Both the position numbers and the translations under genes were made by a program. From contig CAZSUA010000063.1 of assembly GCA_964609655.1 (NCBI GenBank), forward strand, positions 12,434-20,727: a DNA stretch of 8,294 nucleotides, in the 5' to 3' direction. This DNA comes from an uncultured Polyangiaceae bacterium. Lineage in GTDB: Bacteria > Myxococcota_A > Polyangia > Polyangiales > Polyangiaceae. Positions 1 through 5,683 of the stretch are shown here, piece after piece (the first letter of the stretch is position 1; each line of letters opens with the position of its first letter). A model generated the notes under the pieces. The model was not told where the DNA came from and did not search any database. It saw nothing but the letters and a program-made list of their open reading frames with translations.

Positions 1-30
1 GGGAGGAGCGTCGGGAGGAGCGTCGGGAGC
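1..30 (-). repeat. 12-bp tandem repeat gggaggagcgtc (2.5 copies), encoding a (PDAP)n-type tail of the TPR protein
   Basis: Read directly: gggaggagcgtc gggaggagcgtc gggagc. On the minus strand this encodes ...APDAPPDAPP. It may continue beyond the window. Confidence 0.6.
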
Positions 31-2172
31 TGGGCTTCCGCTACTGGGCTGCGGTGCAGCGGGTGCAGGCGCGTTTGCAGCTTCGTTAATGCGTGATTGC
101 GCTCGTTGACCATAAGAGCTTGCCGCGCCACCCTGTTCTACGATGCGGCGATAGAGGGTCAATGCCGTCGCTCGATCTCCGGTTTGCCAGTGATAATCGG
201 CGCTGCCGAGCATTGCGGGCAGGTAGCTAGGGTTGAGGTCAAGAACCTGTGCGTAGAGTTTACCTGCACGCGCACTATCTCCGCGGCGTTTTGCGGCGTC
301 AGCCCGACCCGTCAAGGCTTCGGTGTTGGTCGGCTGTGTGCTCAATACCTCTTCGTAGAGTCTGTCTGCGCCCTCGGCGTCGCCCAGGGCGAGGGTTTTT
401 CTCGCTTGCTGAAGCTTGTCCTGGAAATTCCCGGTGCTCGCTCCGCGAACACCCCCCGGGCTTTGGGGACTCCCGGCCTCGTCGGTTGCGCCGGTTGCGC
501 TAGGCGAGGGGGCTGCAGAGACAGCAGCCGCCGGGGCAGCATCCCTGGCCGCCAGGACAAACGCTCTGAGCGGTGCTAACAAGGGATGTCCAGGCTGAAT
601 CCGTTCAAGCTCAGTACTTGCCTCTGAAGGCTTTTTGGCGCGGACCAAAGCGTAGACGAGCGCCGCCTGAACTCGGCCGAGCGCCCCTTCCCCGAGCGCT
701 GCGGCGCGGAGGCGTTGTACAACGTTCGGCCAATCCGGAGTTGCCTCAGCCAGATCAAGCGCTACCAGTGCGTACGCATTTTCCGATTTTGATGAATGGT
801 TTCCAAGACGCGCCACCTCGGCACGAGCAGCGGCTAACTTCCCCTGTATCCGCAGAACATCGATCCTCCCTCGAATCGCAGAGAGTTCCTGGTTCGCCGG
901 GGCTGTTTGCTCAACCGCGGCCTGCGCTTTCAGAAGGCGCGTCGCTAGATCGCGCTCGGTGGCATCGATGAAGGCTTTGTTCTGAGGATCGATGAGCCTC
1001 AGCTTGAGCCACTCAATATCAGCGCGGATGGCTTCGAGCTCTGCGCGCGCGCCAAGGGCCTCCGGATCCTGCTCCGAAATGCCAAGCCCTTTGTCGATCT
1101 GCTCCTTGGCAGACTCAAGCTCCCCTTGATTGAGAAGCAGGCTGGCTTTGTCGAGCAACGCGCGGGTTCGCGCGTGCGCGCCGTCTGAAATCGCGGTCTT
1201 CACTTCCGCCGCAGGCAGCACATATTTCCTACCGACGGTCAGCAGCAAGAAGATGAGCACAGCAAGACCTACGAAGGCGAGTAACCATTTGAGCGACGCG
1301 CCGCGTGGCCGCACGCCGGGGATTTCGCTCGAGCTTCGCGCCAGATCCAGCTCCCGCAAGGCCGTGGTCAGGGAGCGCGCGGAATCGGCGTAGGCTCCTG
1401 CCAAGGGCGCCTGACCTTCCGGGAGCGTTCGCGAGAATGGCGAACCATCGCGTGAAGCTGGCCCTTGGGGGGCCGCGGCTTTCGGGGCGGTTGGCAGCGA
1501 ATTGGGATTGGGGAGGCGATCGGGATACGGACGAGTCGCTGTTTCCTCAGTCTGGGGGTCGTCACTCGCGGGAGAGGACTCAACATTGCTATAAAGCGCC
1601 GGCTTGGTGCTGCCGACACGTGGTGCCGTGGGAGGAGGGTGATTCTCAAGGGCACGAGCTACGGATTGGAAGGGTTCGGGTTGTTCCGTTGGGACCGCTG
1701 ATACCTTGGAGCTAACGGCACTCGCCCGGGTCGGAGGCTCTTTGGAAACGGGCCGAGGTGCTTGGGTGGCGCTGGCTTGGGCGTCGAAGCCAGGGTTAGG
1801 TGGAGCTACTCCGTAGAGGGTACTTATTTTCTTACTGTCGGGCTTCGGCGCGTCCGCTTTGACCCGAAAAAATCCCTCCAACTCAGCAATTGAACGGAGC
1901 GGCTTGGGCGGATGGTTGCCACGTGAAAGGAGATCATCCAACGTCACTTTGCCAGCGGCGATGCCTTTTTGCAGCTCCTTCAAGGATGTGAAAACGTGCT
2001 CTTCGCCGGCGCGCGTGCTCACTAGCCAGCGCTCAGGGGCTCCATTCCCACTTTGCGGAAAGATCTTAAACTGATGTCCGCAATTGGTGCACTTAACGGT
2101 AGTGCCGCGCTCGGAAATGAGCGCATCGTCAAATTCGTAGTCGGTGGCGCAACGAGGGCAACGAACGTCCAT
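1..2172 (-). CDS. MJ0042-type zinc-ribbon / single-pass membrane / TPR-repeat protein. Partial: the C-terminus lies beyond the left edge, and 724 codons are visible.
   Basis: I hand-translated the reverse complement from the ATG at 2172..2170. The frame stays open with no stop down to base 1, which explains its absence from the ORF track. The N-terminus MDVRCPRCATDYEFDDALISERGTTVKCTNCGHQFKIF has the CPxC...CxxC spacing of the MJ0042 zinc-ribbon family. A Pro/Ala/Ser-rich low-complexity stretch of about 190 residues follows. Next comes one hydrophobic helix, WLLAFVGLAVLIFLLLTVG (1231..1287), preceded by RPRGASLK. Then there are more than 400 residues of helical repeats. These include clear TPR-like units (ADRLYEEVLSTQPTNTEALTGRADAAKRRGDSARAGKLYAQVLDLNPSYLPAMLGSADYHWQTGDRATALTLYRRIVEQ). 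Confidence 0.85.
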   Translation of the reverse strand, partial: MDVRCPRCATDYEFDDALISERGTTVKCTNCGHQFKIFPQSGNGAPERWLVSTRAGEEHVFTSLKELQKGIAAGKVTLDDLLSRGNHPPKPLRSIAELEGFFRVKADAPKPDSKKISTLYGVAPPNPGFDAQASATQAPRPVSKEPPTRASAVSSKVSAVPTEQPEPFQSVARALENHPPPTAPRVGSTKPALYSNVESSPASDDPQTEETATRPYPDRLPNPNSLPTAPKAAAPQGPASRDGSPFSRTLPEGQAPLAGAYADSARSLTTALRELDLARSSSEIPGVRPRGASLKWLLAFVGLAVLIFLLLTVGRKYVLPAAEVKTAISDGAHARTRALLDKASLLLNQGELESAKEQIDKGLGISEQDPEALGARAELEAIRADIEWLKLRLIDPQNKAFIDATERDLATRLLKAQAAVEQTAPANQELSAIRGRIDVLRIQGKLAAARAEVARLGNHSSKSENAYALVALDLAEATPDWPNVVQRLRAAALGEGALGRVQAALVYALVRAKKPSEASTELERIQPGHPLLAPLRAFVLAARDAAPAAAVSAAPSPSATGATDEAGSPQSPGGVRGASTGNFQDKLQQARKTLALGDAEGADRLYEEVLSTQPTNTEALTGRADAAKRRGDSARAGKLYAQVLDLNPSYLPAMLGSADYHWQTGDRATALTLYRRIVEQGGAASSYGQRAQSRINEAANAPAPAAPQPSSGSPAPDAPPDAPP

Positions 2173-2191
2173 GGAGAAAGCTGCTCAGTAC

Positions 2192-2824
2192 TTACTTGAT
2201 CACGCGCAGATAAGGGGGAAGTGGGCGTTTGGAAGCTGCGGCTACTGGCAAGGCTTGTTGCTTTTGCGGTTCAGACTTTGCTGCGCGCTTCGGGGCTGTT
2301 TTCTCGATAGCGGGAGCCAAGGCTTTGGCTTCTTTGGCGTTGGCGCGCTTTCTCTTCGCCGCCGCCGCGCGCTTCGCTTTCAACGCGGCTGCTTCGCTCT
2401 GGCTTGGAACCGCCTTCAGCGTGGCGCTCCCACGGCTTCCCGCAGGTGGCGCTGCCGCTGGCTTCTGCCCTGCCGGCCCGAGCTGAGCCGCCACTTCCGG
2501 GGGGACATCATCCGGCCAGACCATACCGCGCCCGTTCTCGGCCACGATCGCGAAGATCGCGGTCCAGGGGATGACACAATAATGTGGCGTTCGGTTAAAG
2601 CTTAACGTGCACGTCACCCCCGCGTCGTCCAACGCAAGATCACGAATCGGGACGGGCATATTCAAACCTACTTGAAGCACCAGCTGCGGTTGCTTGGTGA
2701 AGGACACCGGGACGCTGACACCCGTGCGTCGCGGATCCAAGTGTAGGAACACGCTTGTTTCTTCTAGGAAGGCGAGAGATATGGCCTGCTTATCAGGAAG
2801 CTCATGCGTGCGATTTGAGGACAT
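2192..2824 (-). CDS. sspB: SspB-like ClpXP protease specificity-enhancing adaptor (stringent starvation protein B family), 210 aa
   Basis: The complete ORF is in the track. The N-terminal domain (LVLQVGLNMPVPIRDLALDDAGVTCTLSFNRTPHYCVIPWTAIFAIVAENGRGMVW) aligns by eye with the E. coli SspB core (IVLNIAPRAVGNLELANDEVRFNARFGGIPRQVSVPLAAVLAIYARENGAGTMF). The extreme C-terminus PPYLRVIK matches the E. coli SspB ClpX-binding tail ALRVVK. The gene lies 19 nt upstream of the zinc-ribbon gene on the same strand. Confidence 0.85.
   Translation of the reverse strand: MSSNRTHELPDKQAISLAFLEETSVFLHLDPRRTGVSVPVSFTKQPQLVLQVGLNMPVPIRDLALDDAGVTCTLSFNRTPHYCVIPWTAIFAIVAENGRGMVWPDDVPPEVAAQLGPAGQKPAAAPPAGSRGSATLKAVPSQSEAAALKAKRAAAAKRKRANAKEAKALAPAIEKTAPKRAAKSEPQKQQALPVAAASKRPLPPYLRVIK
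2195..2209 (-). other. Codons for the C-terminal LRVIK, a putative ClpX N-domain binding (XB) motif of SspB
   Basis: These are the last five codons before the TAA stop at 2194..2192. The motif resembles LRVVK at the E. coli SspB C-terminus. Confidence 0.65.
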
Positions 2825-2876
2825 GCTGGTGGGCCTTCATAGCGAATGCAGAGCAGAAACGCTAGGTTCGGGGTGG

Positions 2877-3404
2877 TCAGTCGTCCGAGCCTTTCGGCGT
2901 CCACAAGGCGAGCAGCTCACAGCGCGAATTCATGGACAATAGCGCTCCATCAGGATCCACCGACGCCGCCAGGGAAGCGAGGGCTGCGGTCGGCATGCGC
3001 TCTTCGTGGCCCGTTAAGGTGGAGAGCAGGGATTCGAGCCCCGGGTTGTGGCCGATCATGAGGACCTTCTCAGCTTCCCTCGACAATCTGGCCAGGGCAT
3101 CCAAATAGGCTTCAGGCTCAGCCAAGTAGAGCTCTGGCAGAAAACTCACGGAGCCGCTAAAGTTGCACGCCAAACCGGCCAACTTGAACGTCGACCGAGC
3201 GCGCATAGCGGTCGAGCAAAGCACGAGGTCCGGCACCAGATCCTTCTCTTTCAGGTGCTGGCCCACACGTGTGGCTGCCTCCTCGCCGCGGGGGTTGAGC
3301 GGCCGGTCGTGGTCCAGTGTGTTCGGAGCTGCCCAGCTCGACTTCGCATGGCGTAACAAAAGGAGTGTGCGCACGCTCATGTTCCAAGGCCAATTCTGCG
3401 GCAT
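2877..3404 (-). CDS. sixA: SixA-like phosphohistidine phosphatase (histidine phosphatase superfamily, branch 1), 175 aa. It would be 167 aa if translation starts at the ATG at 3380.
   Basis: The sequence has an N-terminal RH catalytic motif (LLLLRHAKSSW) followed by DHDRPLNPRGEEAA. A second His motif (MIGHNPGLESL) is also present. Size and layout match E. coli SixA (FIMRHGDA...RPLT..G...ISHLP). Neither candidate ATG (3404 or 3380) has a clear SD. Homology favours 3380 (MSVRTLLLLRHAKS). Confidence 0.8.
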   Translation of the reverse strand: MPQNWPWNMSVRTLLLLRHAKSSWAAPNTLDHDRPLNPRGEEAATRVGQHLKEKDLVPDLVLCSTAMRARSTFKLAGLACNFSGSVSFLPELYLAEPEAYLDALARLSREAEKVLMIGHNPGLESLLSTLTGHEERMPTAALASLAASVDPDGALLSMNSRCELLALWTPKGSDD

Positions 3405-3412
3405 GCGTGACG

Positions 3413-3418
3413 AAGGAG
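3413..3418 (+). promoter_or_regulatory. Shine-Dalgarno-like AAGGAG, 10 nt upstream of the ATG at 3429
   Basis: Read directly from the sequence (cgAAGGAGcaatgcccgaATG). Confidence 0.4.
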
Positions 3419-3428
3419 CAATGCCCGA

Positions 3429-4175
3429 ATGGTTCCGCGCGGACGTATGCTAGCTTGGCACGCTCAGGAGCCCCGCTTGGCGCAGACGATACTGGTAGTT
3501 GAAGACGAGCCGGCAATTCAGGAGTCCGTCGCCTACGCACTTAAACGCGAGGGATTTCTGGTGGATACCGCTGGCACACTTTCAGCGGCCCAAGATTTCC
3601 TGACGCAAGCCGATTTGGTGCTCTTAGACCTCATGCTCCCGGACGGTAGCGGCTTCGATTTGATCAGCACCCTGCGTGGGGCAGGCAGGCTGACGCCGAT
3701 CATCGTTTTGAGTAGCCGTGATGCAGAAGCCGACAGAATTGCCGCACTCGAGAACGGCGCAGATGATTACGTCACGAAGCCTTTTTCTCCGCGCGAAGTG
3801 GTGGCGCGCGTGAGAGCCGTGCTGCGGCGCGTCGCCTTGCCAGCGACGGTTCTGTTGGATGAAGGTCATCTGGCGCTGGATCAGGACACACGCCGTGCCA
3901 GGGTTTTCGGTCGAGCCCTGGAGCTCACCCGCGTCGAATTTGACGTATTGGCTTGCCTGCTTTCGAATCAGGGACATGTCTACACACGGGAACAGCTTAT
4001 CAGCCAAGTTTGGGGTGCTGGCTTCGCCATCACCGATCGCACCGTCGATTCTCACGTGAAGTCCTTGAGGCGCAAGATTGCTGAGGCCGGAGCCGATCCC
4101 AGCCTGATCGAAACGGTCCGTGGAGTGGGGTACCGCGTCACCCACGCATCGGACCGCGCGAGCGTTCGGCCTTGA
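3429..4175 (+). CDS. OmpR/PhoB-family response regulator (receiver plus winged-helix domains), CreB-like
   Basis: The receiver signatures are all present: ILVVEDE, the phospho-acceptor context LVLLDLMLPDGSG, IIVLSSRD, and DDYVTKPFSPREVVARVRAVLRR. The C-terminal trans_reg_C signature is also present (LTRVEFDVLACLL...TREQLISQVWG...DRTVDSHVKSLRRKI...IETVRGVGYRV). The start is ambiguous. ATG 3429 has AAGGAG 10 nt upstream, ATG 3447 is another candidate, and TTG 3477 has AGGAG 6 nt upstream and would give MAQTILVVEDE. Confidence 0.9.
   Translation: MVPRGRMLAWHAQEPRLAQTILVVEDEPAIQESVAYALKREGFLVDTAGTLSAAQDFLTQADLVLLDLMLPDGSGFDLISTLRGAGRLTPIIVLSSRDAEADRIAALENGADDYVTKPFSPREVVARVRAVLRRVALPATVLLDEGHLALDQDTRRARVFGRALELTRVEFDVLACLLSNQGHVYTREQLISQVWGAGFAITDRTVDSHVKSLRRKIAEAGADPSLIETVRGVGYRVTHASDRASVRP
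3466..3470 (+). promoter_or_regulatory. Shine-Dalgarno-like AGGAG, 6 nt upstream of the in-frame TTG at 3477 (alternative response-regulator start)
   Basis: Read directly from the sequence (ctcAGGAGccccgcTTGgcgcagacgatactggtagttgaagac). Confidence 0.4.
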
Positions 4176-5596
4176 TTCGTTTAGTTGTGGTGGCGGCCGC
4201 AGCCATTGGCCTCATCCTATTCGTCACGTTTGTGATCGCTCGCTTGGTGCGCACGCGCACGCGCGGCATGTCGGTGCGGATGCAGGTCTTTCTAGCCTTG
4301 GCCTTGATCGTCGGGACCTTTGCTTTTGGTTTGGGATTGATGGTGTTGGATCGGATCGAGGCGCGCACCGTGCGCGTGGCCACCTTTGCCGCCGAGGAGC
4401 AGGCCAAGATGATTGCCGCCATCATCGAGGGTGATCTGGAGCGATCGCGCGTCGCGATCGAACGAGTGGCGCGTCGCCTCGAATTGGGCAAGCAGCGCAC
4501 CGATGAGCTGCGGCTTGAGCTCCTCGATACGAATGGGCACCTGCTATTTCCAGCAGATCCCCGAAGTGCTCAAGGAACGCCTGGCACCGTCTCCTATGAC
4601 GCGCCCATCAAGCTTGAAGGGCGCAGTATTGGAGTGGTGCGCGTTGTCAAACCGACACTTGAGATTCAGCGCTTGCTCGCGGATTTTGCGCCTACGGTGC
4701 TGGTGATCAGCTTGGTGCTGGGTGCCGCCGCCGCGCTTGCCGCGGCCTGGATTGGTCGCGCGATAGCTCAACCGATCGAGGCACTGAGTGAGTTTGCCGA
4801 AAGTGTTAGCCTGGGCGAGCGGACGCAGGTTCCCCGCCTGGTGTTCGGGCGCGAGGTGAAGAGGCTCGTGCAATCCATCGATTCGATGCGTCGTCAGCTG
4901 GAGGGGCGCCCGTTCGTGGAGACTTTTGCCGCGGATTTGTCGCATGAGCTCAAGAATCCTGTGGCTGCCATCTTGGCCAGCGCCGAAGTTCTGGAAGAAG
5001 GCGCGATCGAAGAGCCGGCCTTGGCGCGCCAGTTTGTAGGAAGAATTCGTGAAGCGGCCAGTAGGATTGAACGGTTGCTGCGCGATTTGGTCAGTCTCGC
5101 GAGGATTGAAGCCCGGGGTGTGGAAGCGCTCGCTTGGATCGATCTCGGCGGCATCACCCGCGCGGTGGTGGAAGGGCTGGGTGAGCGTCGCGGGCGTGTT
5201 CAACTTAGGATTGGAGACGGCTTGCGCGTGCGTGGCGACGAGAGCTGGTGTGTGCGAGCCATCTTCAATTTGGTGGATAACGCGCTGGTACATTCAGAGC
5301 CAGGCTCCGAGGTGAGCGTGAACATCCAGCGTGTTTTCGAGGCTGTCGAGCTCACGACGACGAACGGCGGCGCTATTGGCAAGCATGTGCGCAGCCAGCT
5401 GTTTCGCCGTTTCGTGACCACGCGGGCCGACAAGGGTGGTTCTGGGCTTGGGCTTGCGATCGCACGGGCGGTGGCCGAGGCGCACGGTGGTCGACTGGAT
5501 CTAAAAGTTCACGGCCCTCTTCAAGTGACCTTCTGCTTCAGCCTACCCTCCGAGCCTGGATCCTTGGGGCTTGAGCCCCCCGAAGATCCCGGCTGA
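4172..5596 (+). CDS. Membrane sensor histidine kinase (HisKA plus HATPase_c), CreC-like, 474 aa, with an atypical G1 box
   Basis: Recognisable boxes are the H-box DLSHELKNPVAAI (His codon 4943..4945), N-box IFNLVDNALVHS, F-box LFRRF and G2-box GGSGLGLAIA. Hydrophobic segments lie at residues 5-25, 38-59 and 173-194, followed by a HAMP-like linker. The stretch RPFVETFAADLSHELKNPVAAILASAEVLEEG resembles what I recall of E. coli CreC around its H-box. The TTG start overlaps the regulator stop (cTTGA), and an alternative ATG lies at 4268. Confidence 0.9.
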   Translation: MIRLVVVAAAAIGLILFVTFVIARLVRTRTRGMSVRMQVFLALALIVGTFAFGLGLMVLDRIEARTVRVATFAAEEQAKMIAAIIEGDLERSRVAIERVARRLELGKQRTDELRLELLDTNGHLLFPADPRSAQGTPGTVSYDAPIKLEGRSIGVVRVVKPTLEIQRLLADFAPTVLVISLVLGAAAALAAAWIGRAIAQPIEALSEFAESVSLGERTQVPRLVFGREVKRLVQSIDSMRRQLEGRPFVETFAADLSHELKNPVAAILASAEVLEEGAIEEPALARQFVGRIREAASRIERLLRDLVSLARIEARGVEALAWIDLGGITRAVVEGLGERRGRVQLRIGDGLRVRGDESWCVRAIFNLVDNALVHSEPGSEVSVNIQRVFEAVELTTTNGGAIGKHVRSQLFRRFVTTRADKGGSGLGLAIARAVAEAHGGRLDLKVHGPLQVTFCFSLPSEPGSLGLEPPEDPG

Positions 5597-5683
5597 TTCC
5601 TTGAAACCTCCACGATTCGCGGCCCCTTTCGCCAACGCCTTCTGGCAAGCTCACAGCAACACGGCCTGGCGCTGGAGCCAGCT

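Noticed and set aside
97-1715. Plus-strand ORFs in the track (97..579, 249..503, 416..598, 573..971, 1130..1393, 1305..1715, 1465..1701) and minus-strand ORFs 342..560, 576..758 and 1368..1655
   Set aside because: All lie inside the long minus-strand zinc-ribbon/TPR reading frame. Their translations are Arg/Pro/Gly-rich nonsense typical of off-frame ORFs in GC-rich DNA, with no recognisable motifs.
2144-2605. Plus-strand ORFs 2144..2605 and 2229..2486 opposite sspB
   Set aside because: They lie opposite the Ala/Lys-rich linker of SspB, whose GC-rich codons keep other frames open. The SspB frame is supported by its domain signature and the LRVIK tail.
3381-3436. Imperfect inverted repeat (gttccaaggccaattc ... 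gaatggttcc) in the sixA / regulator divergent region, considered as an operator; I also looked for CreB-type TTCAC direct repeats
   Set aside because: The arms are imperfect and unequal, no TTCAC-N6-TTCAC repeat is present, and part of the region may be coding depending on start choice.
3455-3470. TTGGCAC motif that looks like a sigma-54 -24 box upstream of the regulator
   Set aside because: The GC of the would-be -12 element is one base out of register. The motif also overlaps the candidate RBS and coding sequence of the regulator.
4442-4460. Palindrome CGATCGCG-cgt-CGCGATCG inside the kinase gene
   Set aside because: An 8-bp inverted repeat with a short spacer is expected about once by chance in 8 kb of GC-rich DNA. 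It lies in coding sequence (ERSRVAIE) and has no partner sites.
3624-5293. Long antisense ORFs opposite the response regulator (3624..4145, 173 aa) and the kinase (4544..5293, 249 aa, plus shorter ones)
   Set aside because: The sense-strand proteins have unambiguous family signatures. The antisense translations have no motifs and an Arg/Pro/His-rich composition. Long antisense ORFs are expected at this GC content.
5643-5658. Sigma-54-like element TGGCAAGCTCACAGCA upstream of uppS, with correct GG/GC spacing
   Set aside because: This is a single partial match whose -12 region lacks the TT of TTGC. No enhancer-binding-protein gene or upstream activating repeat is visible, and there is no precedent I know of for sigma-54 control of uppS. 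It would need 5'-end mapping before being called.
5666-5681. Small hairpin ctggc-gctgga-gccag after the kinase gene, considered as a terminator
   Set aside because: The stem is only 5 bp, there is no U-tract, and it overlaps the candidate RBS and start of uppS. It is too weak to call an intrinsic terminator.
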